Of a DNA stretch of 64,000 nucleotides, positions 39,401 through 51,951 are shown piece by piece. Positions within the stretch are counted from its first letter, which is position 1. Each line of letters opens with the position of its first letter. The translations under genes were made by a program, and so were the position numbers. The DNA comes from Octopus sinensis (taxonomy: Eukaryota): positions 26,040,001 through 26,104,000 of the forward strand of contig NC_043003.1 in the NCBI RefSeq assembly GCF_006345805.1. The letters are read 5' to 3'. The notes beneath the pieces are model-generated. The model saw nothing but the letters and a program-made list of their open reading frames with translations. It was not told the origin of the DNA and ran no database searches.

Positions 39401-42400
39401 TGTGTTGGATGATTTAACTGAGAACTGAGTAGGAGAGGTGTGAGGAGCTAGGTCTGGTCAGCTTGAACTTAAAAAAAACAGCTAGAATATTATGGCTGGT
39501 TTGAATTGTAAAGGGTTTGAAGAATAGGCTGCTTCTTTGCATCACAGGAGCAGTCAACCAGACAAGCTTCTACATAATTTCTATGTAATTTGATTTTGCT
39601 CTCAAGGCTTGGGTAGAGATGAAGCCATGATAGCAGGCACTTGCTTGAGTTGTTATGCAGTAGGATCAAATCTGAAACTTCAGGCTGCATAATTTTGAAG
39701 TGAAGTTTGTAACTTCTTTGTCACATGCTTTCAATCATACCAATATATATACAAATATCATAACATCATAATAACACTTGGACTGAGTTATTAGATGAGC
39801 GGTTTAATTTTTCATTAATGACATTCTAATTTAAAATTAATTAATGTCTTTAATTCCAACACATATTAAATTATTATTTATGTCTTTTAATAAATAAAAA
39901 AACAAAAAGGAATTAAGTTAATCATTATTGATAATAATAACAAATAATAGGAAAATTAATATGCAAATATAAAACAGAAATTTGATTCAATAAATATCAA
40001 CAATCATATATAGTTCATGTGTGTGTGTGTGTATATGTGTATTTATATCTATGTGTGAGTGTATATATGTGTGACTGTATGTTCATGCATGTCAGATGTT
40101 AACTGAAGTTTCTCCATGCTGTACACATGTTGGCACAGAATAAAGGCATTTAAAAATACTATAAAGAAATGAAATAGCTTTTCTTTACAAACATGGAGAG
40201 ATTGATAAAACAACAACAGCGACAATAACAATACCATCACCACCACCACCATCATCATTATCAGCAGCAGCAGCAGCAACAACAAACATTACCAAAGAGG
40301 AGAAGAAAAAAAGGAAAGAAACATGGAATGGTCTGCCAGAGCAGATGCTGTAGTCACTACTGTCCAGTGACTGACAATATACTTCTGGTAGATCTTGAGA
40401 AAGTTTTTCTTGAAGGTTTCAAATGATTAGAAGTCAAAGCTGAAGGATTGAATGTTCAGGGATATTAAAAAGAGAAAAAAAAAAAATCAATGAACTGAGT
40501 TAAGTAAAAAAAAAAAGTAAATAAAAAGAGGAAAAAATTTTTTTATGTAGGTACAAAGTCACACATTTTAGGGCAAGGGAACAGTTGATTAAAATTGATT
40601 ACCTCTTCCAGTTACATATTTAATACCTACTGGACTTTCTACCCAATGTTGCCCGGTAAAGTACTCATGGAATCCTTTGCCAGTTTGTAGAATGAGAATT
40701 CATGGTACTTATGTATATATATATATATATTTAACCTAACTTCTGGACTTACTTAATTGGAACTATCCAATTGATCATTGCTTATTTTTATAAGTAATAT
40801 TGTATTAAGAAAATTAAATTAAAACAACAAAGAGATTACAAATGTCAAATGCATGAAACAGAATAAAATCTGAAATGATGAAACAATAAGTAATCACCAC
40901 AAAAAAGATGTTTCTCTATGTCAGTGTGTGTACGTAAAAAAAAAAAAAAAATCGACTTTTTTCTTTTTAGAGAGTGATAGAGAGAGAGAGTGATAGAGAG
41001 AGAGAGTGCGAAGACTGTATGTGTATATGTCACAGATAGCATACGTGTGTTTGCGTTGATTCACATGCCATGACTTTCATTATATGTGTATGTATTTTGA
41101 TGTCATGGAAAACATGTTTTTTTTTTAATCAAAACAAAGAAAAATTGCATTTAATCATTTTCATTAATAAATAGAGGTCCAAATATCATGAAACCTCATA
41201 CCACATTGCATAAAGTAAGTATGAAAATATATATATATCAAAAAATATAAATAAAATATACTATTTCTGAGATATTTCAGGAACAAACAAACAACTTCTC
41301 GAGTTTTAGTATCATTAAGATTTTATCAACCTCTGCCTCTCAGGTCCATTCCACTCTGATAAGGATGGACAAAAAGCAAAAGTAGTTTTCTAAGTGATTT
41401 GATTTCCAACCTTAACCCTAATCAAATACCAAAAGGTGTTTAATTTAGTTAAGTAAGGGGGGGACAACTCAAAACGTTTCTTTTCCTATAAGGTTTTGTC
41501 AGCAGAAGTGTAGTTCCCAGCCAGGATTAATACTCAGAAAGAGAAGAGAGCCCAGTATAGAGCCATGTTCATTTTACTCCCAGATATCAACCACCACTAA
41601 AATGTCAGCAACAGAGTCAGCAAATCCTGTATAGATCTGAATCCCCACATGAGATGACAACAAAATATTGAACTTAGAAAACTCTGCAGCTGTGTTCTAC
41701 TGAAGCCTCGTCTGTCAAAGCAATGCCAGAGTCCAACACAACATATATATATATATATATGTTGTTATTTGTTCCTTCACGAGCTATGCTTGGTTTCCTG
41801 GTTTCATTGGTGTACAGGTTCCCCCATCTGGATGGGACACCAGTCTGTTGCAGTGAGTTGCTAGATGCAGGAGGAAAGTGAGAGAGAGTGAGAGAGAGAA
41901 AGTTGTGGCGAAAGAGTCAGCAGAAGTTTGCCACTACTTTCTGCCAGAGCTGTGTGGAGCTTAAGTGTTTCACTCATAAACACCCACACCGCCTGGTCTG
42001 AGATTCAAATCCACGATCCCTCGACTGCGACTCCGCTGCTCTAACCACTAGGCCATGTGCCTTCACACACATATATACATACATACATTTTGTGTGTGTG
42101 CATGTATGTGTGTATATATATATATATATGCACACACACACACACATAATCATCATCATTTAATGGCCAGCTTCCATGCTGACACATTTGACAGGAGCTG
42201 GTAAGCCTGGGGACTGCACCCTGCTTCACTGTCTGCTTTGGCATTGATTTTACAGCTGGATGCCCCTCCTAATGCCAACTACTTCACATGGTGGACACGG
42301 TACTTTTTATGTGGCATGACAACTGGTGAGGTTTGCTAAAAGTGAGATACTTACAACACTTGGTTTCTCAACTGGTCACCCATTTAAGTACTAACTAGGC

Positions 42401-45400
42401 TCAACATTGCTTAACTTCAGTGATCGGAGAATCAGTGCATTTAACATGATGTGGCCACATATTTATGTGGATAGGTTTGCACCTGTTTGTGTGTGTGAGT
42501 GAGAGAGAGAGAGAGAATATCTAGTATTTTATGATGTAAGGAAGGAGGTACCTTATTTTTGACAGTGAATTTCTTACTTCAACAAAAGCTAACATGTTGG
42601 AAAAGAACTTCATATCAAGGAAGACAAACAAAACAAAATAGAACTTTTTATACTGCTAGATCTGGTTGAATAAAAAGTGCAGCATCAATGACTTTTGGAA
42701 ACATTATTTTTATTGAATATAACATTTTGTGAGTGAGTGAGTGTCTGCATGTTTATGTATTCTTCTATGATTTTGGATGACATACAGCTGTACAGTCTTC
42801 TAACAGTTTTACTACTACTTCAGAATCTGAGAGATGGGGAAGGAAGTGGTGGTGAGAAAAATGAAAAACTCATTAATTTGATAAAAAGAAAGCAATGTTA
42901 GGTAAACAAGAAATGTGAGTTGAAGAGGGAGGAAAATAAAACCCAACTCTAATGGACTTAAATAAATATTCTGAACTATTTTACTCAGAGTCTCCTGTAT
43001 AAGTTGCATTCAATGTTGACTTTTCTTCCTTCTTGGTTAGAGAAATATACCTGCAATATTAGTTAAATCAAGTAGTTGTCTTTTTTTTTTTGTAAATGAA
43101 ACCAGATGCTGAAAAAGGGACCATGCACTTAAAAAGGAAAAAGTGTGCAGGGAGACTGCGATGTGCCAAAAAGGCCTTAAACAAGAAAGAAAAAAAAATT
43201 TCACAGCTGTCTTATCCGTGGTGCATTGTTAAACTATCCAAGATAGCCTTAGACAATAGAATGAGCAAGATAGAGAAAATATGGAAGAAAGGAGGCATCA
43301 GTAGGGATCACTGGTTTTATGTAGCTCAAATGTAAGGGATGGAATAGGACTATCTAAAATCTTTGTCTTATGGGTGTTAGACATCACAGAATATTCTAGA
43401 AGCAACAATTGAGCAGCTGAGAAAATATACTTGCGTCTGTGTGTATGTGACTATGTATGTAATTTGAAAAAGAAAAACAAACAAAATATGAAATTTTAAA
43501 AAATTCTGGAAAGTGACTTTCGGCTATGACGGCCCATTCCAAATGCTAGCAGGAGTAGCAGCAGCAGTATTATCATGAACAGCAGCAGCACAGACAGACA
43601 GCAGCAGCATTCTAAGGCACAGTAAGCTAACTGCAGGAACGTTTACCGATAGAGGAGAAAAGAAGGGAAGCCGCAAATGAGAATAAAAATAAGGGGAAAG
43701 AGAAAGAGAGAGAGAAAAACAGAGAGAAAAACAGAAAAAACCGGAAATAAATAAAATGTCTAAAAACTCAATTGGTAATTTAAATAAAAAAAACTTTTTT
43801 GCCAATTGACATTTTAGCTCCTCTCTCCACTGTATTGAGAGAAATCACAATTAGTTTGGTGTAGTTGCTTAAATCAATGTCAGTTCACATCCAGTAAACC
43901 ACTGGTCAAAGGCATCCATGTATAATCCCTGCCCCCACCACATTTTTTTTTTACAATTCCACTTTAAATTACATCACCCAATGTATTCTTTTTTTTAAAA
44001 AAATCAAACTAAATTTAAGGAAGATTTGGTTGCTATTTCTAGCTTGTTGAGTGACTGTATTGAAGTTTGTTATTGTCGTTCCACCTCAAGTAAGCTCTCA
44101 TCAAGTATACCCTAATTAAAGCTATGACCATCTCCTTCTGTGCCCCCACCCTACCCAATGATAACACAATCTGTCTTACCTTGAAAAAAAAAACAAAGAA
44201 AAAAAAGGTAGATCTGATTTGATACATCTGGTATTTCCAACTGCTAGTGTAACCATGTAGACCTCTGTTTGGCTCAGAGTTACTATTGTTGTTTAGTTCC
44301 ACCACAACCCTGATCAAAGGTGTTCCAGTCATTACCATCCTACCTTTCAAAGGTATGTAACAGACTACAATATCTAAGGGGTTCTTTCCTTTTTAAAAGG
44401 TGGCACATTGTGAGTTGAGAGAGATTTGGTTGTTACTTCTAACAAGTTGAAAGACCACATAGAGGCTACCTCACTGACTCATTGAGTTATTGTTTACGTT
44501 GTTGAGTTCAAACCAACCATAAGGAGTACAGAAAATAGCTGATCAAAATCTAACAATAGCAACAAGATAGTAAATTAGCAAACTCCTGGAATGCACTCTC
44601 AGATTTGAACCTAAATACACAGGCCTCAACTGGCTCCTAGCTACAGTTAAGACTCAGAACCTATTCTTATCGCTGTCCTAAATGCTTCGGAAAAGAGCAT
44701 TTAGGATAGAGATTATCTGAAAGCAGGTCAGATAGTCTCTATCCTATTTCTATTGGCAATTGGACTTGAATGTATGGATCCCATCATTTAAAATGCTACA
44801 AGGAATATCTTCAAAGGACACCAGCTTGTTGCATAAGCATTGTCTTGATTTATAGAAAAGACCCTTTCTCTGATGAAAAGGAAATTCATTAATTGTTATG
44901 ACAATAATATACCCTTATAATAACATAATACGTCAAAACAATAATATTCCCTTGTAACAAGAGAGAAAGTGGCCCTTCTAAGGGGTCACTCTATTTTAAA
45001 GCTTGGATTCAGCTTGCCTTATAATATGGTGGAAAGTCAAGGCTTCTAATAGGATGGAGCAGGGAGGAGACAGATGATAAAGAGATTCAAGTTAATACAA
45101 TGCTTGAGAAGAAGCCATTGTAATAATGGTAAAAACATATGACAGAGATGACAGTTGTTGAACAAAGAACTAGAAGTTTTAGAAATGATGGTAATAGAGT
45201 TCTGAAATGAAAATATAATCTTAAAACGGTGCCATTGTTTATTGAAATAGTCTCAAAGGAAGATCTGAGCACAAGGTCTTCACAAGCTCTCAGAAATCAT
45301 TTAAAGTCTTTTCTTTTCTGTGCTCGCATGGTTCATACAGACTTTGTTGAGGTAGCTTGTCTATGGTCAGATGTCCTTTAGGTTGCCAACCCACACCTGT

Positions 45401-48400
45401 TTTCAAACAAGGTAATATTTGTCCATTGCTAGATATGTTTTTATGTCAGACTGGATACGAATAACATCACAAGTATGATGATAATATTCATTTGCAACCA
45501 TCATGTGATGTCAAAACATATTCTCTTACACATTTCAGTCATTTTGACTGTGGCCATGCTGGAACATCACTTTGAAGGATTTTAGTTGAACAGTTAAGTT
45601 ATGGGGATATAAACAAACCAACAGCAACTGTTAAGTGATGATGGGGGGGACAAACACAGACACACACATATATACAAGCTTATACATATATACACACACA
45701 CACACACACATATATATAAATGATAGGCTTCTTTCAGTTTCCATCTACCAAATCCACTCACAAGGCATGGTCGGCCTGAAGCTATAGTAGAAGACACTTG
45801 CCCATGGTGCCACACAGTGGGATTGATCCTGGGGCCATGTGGTTGGGAAGTAAGTTTCTTACCACATAGCCACACCTGTGCCTATTGTATACACATATGT
45901 ATATATGTGTGCATATGCTTGTGTCTCTTTGTATTATCATTGCACAAAAGGTGTAAATAATTATCACCATTATGCAAATAGTTTTGTTCATTTTCAATAT
46001 CCTGTAGAAACATCTCTGGCCATGGGAAAAGAATGCCTTGCTTGGAAGCTAGTGATGAGAATGGCATCCAGCCATAGAAAATCTGCCTCAATAAACTCAG
46101 TGCAACCCATGCAAGCATAGAAAAGCAGACATACACATATATGATGGACATCTTCCTGTTTCTGTTTACCAAATCTACTCATGAGGCTTGGGATCATTGT
46201 AGAAGATACTAGTCCAAGGCATGCTGTGCAGTAGGACTGAATTTAACCCTTTCGTTACCAACCCGGCTGAAACTGGCTCTGGTTCTGTGTACAAATGTCT
46301 TGTTTTCACAAGTTTTGAATTAAAATCTTCCACCAAACTTTAGTCACAATTTATGTTCCTAACACTAGATGAATGATAACTAAATTATTTTACCAAATTT
46401 TTTGTTGCATTTAAAGTAATTGTAAGAAAAACAGAGCATCTCAAAATAAATACACTAACGAAAGGGTTAAGGAGTTTAGTATTTCATCACTTGTTTCAGT
46501 CATTGGAGTGTAGCCCTGCTGGGGAACTACCACATTCTAGCATGTAGTTGACTGCACAAATCCCAGTATTTATTTTATCAAACTTGGAAGAAAGACAAGC
46601 AAAATAGACCTCAGCCAAAATCTCAAAATGTACAGGAATATAAATACCACAAGGCATTTTGTGCTTGATGTTTTACTGATTCTGTTATTCACATGCTGTA
46701 TGATTGTATTTCAGTGTCTTCAAAAATTTGATTCAAATCTAAATAGCTGCAACACTGACCACCACTACTTTGAGTTGAAACCTTCCAACAACCAACATCA
46801 TCATCATCATCATCATCATTTAGCGTCCGTTTTCCATGCTAGCATGGGTTGGACGGTTCAACTGGGGTTTGTGAAGCCGGAAGGCTTCATCAGGCCCAGT
46901 CAGATCTGGCAGTGTTTCTATGGCTGGATGCCCTTCCTAACACCAACCACTCCGTGAGTGTAGTGGGTGCTTTTTATGTGCCACCCGTACAGGTGCCAGA
47001 CAGAGCTGGTATCCTTCTGCATCCTTACCCAACCACTACAACAAATCCTTTGGCAAGACACATTACAGGTGTTACAGTAGACAGATAGCTGATGTGTGAA
47101 ACAGATGTGTTACAACTAATAAATGAGCTTTATGATAAATAAATGGTTAATATGATTAGTAGATGGCTAGGATACATGACAAACAGATGAGTAATATAAC
47201 AAATTCAAGAGGTAATATACAAACAGATGGATTGCGTTGCAAGAGCACATACAAGGATGGAAAGAGTTGCTGTATGCTAATCCTTTAACCAAAAAGTTGT
47301 AAGCTCATAACTTCTTATTGACAATATGCTACATAGTCACAAAGCATTAAACTTTACTCACTCAACCTAATTTCCATTAAAAATGCAAGTTAGATATAGA
47401 CAGATAGATAAACTGAGAGAGAGAGAAGGGGGCGAGGCAGTAGAGGAGACTAGTGACCTTAAAATAGAACAACTTAAGTGACGAAGGACATGATGTCTGT
47501 TTGAGGAATTAGTGTATAGACAAATTCCTCTTCTTACACAAAACAGGACACATGTTTAATTGAAGAATAGTTACTGTTCCTCGATTTTTAGAATGGTCAG
47601 TAACAGGGGAGGGGCAACCCAAGCATAAACCTAACTGCTTCAACAATTTACATTAAAATCTCTGACATTAGAAATTGAACAGGACTCATCCAAGCAGATG
47701 AGAGAGAATAAAACAATTTTGATTCAACACAAAGCAATTTAGAAAATATATGCAGTTAAAGGGCTTGCTCAAGAGCAGAGTACATTGCCCAAGGAGGCAA
47801 TTGTGGACTTTTAAGTCAGTAGTCCAGTACCTTACCTAACTTGGTTTTCATCTTCAACAGAAAAACATCATTAAAATTTTCCAAGAAATTTAGAATACAA
47901 AGCAAAAATATGCCCATTCCTTGGCATTTTTCCTTTTAGAGTTTATAATTTCCATATTTATGCTTTTCACTATTTCAAATGAAATAGTAATCATATTTTT
48001 CAAATAAGAGCAAAAAACAAAAATAATAACGAAAAAAAAAAGACGCCTGCTTTTTTTTTTATGGTTATGTGCATGTATATATACATATATTTATCATCAT
48101 CATCATCCTGGTTTAACATCTGTTTCCATGCTGGGATGGTTTGACAGGAACCAGTCAACTGTATCATCATTACTATTCTGCTGTCACCTTTTCCATTCAC
48201 TTCTGCATCCTTACCCAACTCATGCATCATTGATTACGCTGTGCAATTAAATTTTAACTTTCATCTTTGAGTCAATAAGTGTTATTTCCTGTTTCCTTCT
48301 ATCTAGAAATCAAAAGAAATGATTGCTATTCTGTTCAGACTTTGCTTTTGTGACCAGGACATCAATGCTTTGAAACTGACCGATTTTCCATTACATTTCA

Positions 48401-49794
48401 GACAGATTTGGCACAGAGTGGCTGAAGTAGAAATATCATCATAGCAAATATTCTGCTCAATATCACAGATTTGCTTGTCATTTGCTTGACCATAACCACT
48501 TGTGCATGTCCCTTAGTGGTTGACAATATGTGCATTTCTGATCATGAGCAGAGATTCTTTGGAGTTTGAATAAAGGTAACAAAAGCAAAGTTTGAAGGAA
48601 ATGTTAACAATTTTTCATACTTTCTAAAGGCAAACAAATAAAAAAAAAAGTTTCCACCCAAGGACAAAAATTGCGTTACACAGCACTATCCCCCACACCT
48701 AGTCCACCATGTCCTACATCTGCCCTTTAACCCAATCCAATCTTCATCATTGTTGCCTACCTTACCTCCCCTCTCTTATTCTCCCATCTCTCACAATTCC
48801 CACATTCCTAGTTTCCTTGTCTCCACTCACTTTTACTTGCCTTGTACCACGAGGGACTACTTAGACACCTCATCACTACTATTTATCTCTCTGCAGTTCC
48901 TACTGATCATTCTCAAACTTACCTCAACAGGTGCAGCCATGTAGCTCTTTTACAACAAAAACCTGCCTTTCCTTCTCCCTTCACTCATACTTTTAACCCC
49001 CTCATTGCCTAATATAAACCAACACCCTTGATGTTCATAATCTTGCCAGCTGCATGGTAACTACACTTGTGTCAGTGGCACAAAAACAACACCCAGCATA
49101 CACTGTAAAGTGACCAGCATTAGTGGGGTCATCTAGCTGCAGAAGCCATACCAAAGCAGACACTGGAGTTCAAGGATTGCATCATGCAGCCCTTGGACCA
49201 TTAGACCTCGTCAAACCATCCAACCTATGCCAACATGGAACACAGCCATCAAATGATGATAATGATATAGGAATATTGCAGTTTGCTTGAAATCTGACAA
49301 ACGTACACAGAAAAAAGCAGAAATTTAGAAAGATGTGATAATGCATTTTGGAATAGACTAAATATAATAAGAGGAAAGATTTAACTTTTATCTTGAAACA
49401 TTTACATAATCCTGGTATTTTAAATGTCTGTATTACACACATGAAATTTGAAGAAGCTAAGACATTTTTCTTGTCTTTCTTATTCTATGACTAGGGGCAT
49501 ATTTGCTCAAAATATTAAGATTATTAAATCAGCAAAAGTTAATCCTCTTTTAATCATCACATTTCATCTATTCCCAAATGTATTACTGTGCTTTCTAAAT
49601 CACTATGTATGTATATGTGTGTGTGTGTGTGTGCGCGCATGTATGTGTGTGTTGATATATATATATATATTTCATGGTATTTTGGTGTTTGTTGCATTTA
49701 TAACATCTTTGAAAAAATATAACCAGTTGTACTCAGAGGGATGGATACTTCCTGATGGAATAATTAATTAAACAGAATATGAAATTAAAAATAA

Positions 49795-49828
<34 letters not shown>

Positions 49829-51895
49829 GTAATACTAATGGCTATTTGCATGAAACATAACAGTGTATACTTAGAAATAAGGCCACAAACTTATGATGTG
49901 CGTGTTAGTCAATTAAATCAACTTCAGATTTTGATTGGTATTTTATCAACCCTAGAAGGATGAAAGACAAAGTTAACCCCAATGGGATTTGAACTCAGAA
50001 TACAGTGGGTTGCAACAAAATACTGTAAGGCATTTTGTCTAATCTTCTAATGGTCCTGTCATGCTACTGTCCTGATAGCTAATAAAGATAATCTTTTAAA
50101 TTATGACAAAATCCCAGCAAACTTATGAGAAGTCATTTATATTGACTCCAATACTTGACTGGTATCTTTTTTCATTGACCTCAATAGGATGAAAGGCAAA
50201 GTCAACCTCTGCAAAATTTGAACTCAGAACATAAAGAGCTGAAAGAAATGCCACCAATGGTTCTGCTAGCTTGATACCTTAATAACAGTAGTAATAGTGG
50301 TGCGGCCCGACTGGCTCCCATGTTGGTGGCACACAAAAAGCACCATTTGAACGTGGTCAATGCCAGTGCCGTCTGATTGGCCCCTGTGCTGGTGGCATGC
50401 AAAAGCATCTACAATATTCTTGGAGTGGTTGGCATTAGGAAGGGCATCCAGCTGTAGAAACCTCGCCAGATCAGATTGGAGTCTGGTGCAGTCTCCTGGT
50501 TTGCCAGTCCTCAGTGAAACTGTCCAAACTATGCCAGCATGGAAAGCAGATGTTAAATGATGATAATGTTTCAAGTTTTGGAACAAGACCAACAATCTTA
50601 GGAGTGGGCAACAGTACTTCACTGGTACTTTATTTGGTCAACTATGAAAAGATGAAGGGCAAAGTCAGCCTTGTTGGAATTTGAACTCAGAACTTAAAAC
50701 TGGAAGAAATGCCACTAAGCATTTTGTCTGGCATGGTTATTATTCTACTAGTCCAACACCTTAATAATAATCCTTTGAACTCAGAACGTAGCAACGGGCA
50801 AAATACTGCTAAGCATTTTGTCCAGCGTGCTAACAATTCTGCCAGCTTGCCGCCTTAACAATAACAATAATGATAGTAAATATAGTAAAACAATATTCCA
50901 GCTATTTAGAATTTAGGCCTCTTAATTAATTGGAGCTTGTCTGCATCTAAATTACAGAAAGACACAGTGACATACTAAAGACATCGAAAACACTTAATCA
51001 ATGACATCTTCTTTTGCTGGGGAAATCAACCCATCTGTTTGATCCACAAGCGAAATAATAAACATATCATTGACATTTTGTTATTATTATATTTGTTGTT
51101 GCTGATGTTATTCTAAACTATTTAATAACACTTTCTTTTTGAAAACAAGGAAACCTTAATTTTGTTTTAGTGTTATTTTTTTGGTTTATCACTATATCAA
51201 CAATAACAAAAGACAAATTAAAAAAATTATACTTATATTTATATATATAAAAAAAGATAAAATTTATGAAACAAGATACTTGACATGCAGACAATTTTGA
51301 TTAAGCTAAAACATGGCAAATTACTGGAAAAAAAAATTTGATACAAACAGAAATAAAATAAAATAAAAAACAACTAAACAAAAAGGCTGAAAATAAATAA
51401 ATAGATAAACCACTGGCATTTCTGAAGAGATAGAAGTTATGAAGTAGCAATGCAATACTGAAATACTAAATAATAAAATAAAAATAAAGAAAATTAATTA
51501 ATAAAAAAAAAATGAAGAATTAAAAATAATACAATGGAAGGAAGAATTGAAATTAATTTTTCAAAATAACTGAAATAAATATTTGAATTTTTAAAAAAAT
51601 AAATAAATAAAAGAAAATTATAAATGAATATAAGAAGGAAGAGAAAAAGAGTAGAGCAGTACTGTCTCTTTTTTTTTGTTTTCTTTTGGACAGAAGCCAA
51701 CTGCAAACATTTAAAGGATTGAATATCGAACAGAGGCCATGGTTTGAGGTTAAGAGTAGAGAAGTAACAATAGTTATAATATAGAGAGAAATGTATATAT
51801 ACCCCACACAAACTGGATGACATCAACAGTCTATGTGTGACTGGAAGTGGGTAAAGAGACAGATTAACTTAACTGAAAGGCAAGATTCCCCATAT

Positions 51896-51951
<56 letters not shown>

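Noticed and set aside
41990-42064. tRNA gene
   Set aside because: It has A/B boxes but no closed cloverleaf and continues into a SINE body. The same holds for the heads at 57391, 59300 and 62320.
43622-43636. Plus-strand gtaagctaactgcag containing donor, branch and acceptor motifs
   Set aside because: 15 nt is far too short for an intron, and there is no evidence of a plus-strand transcript.
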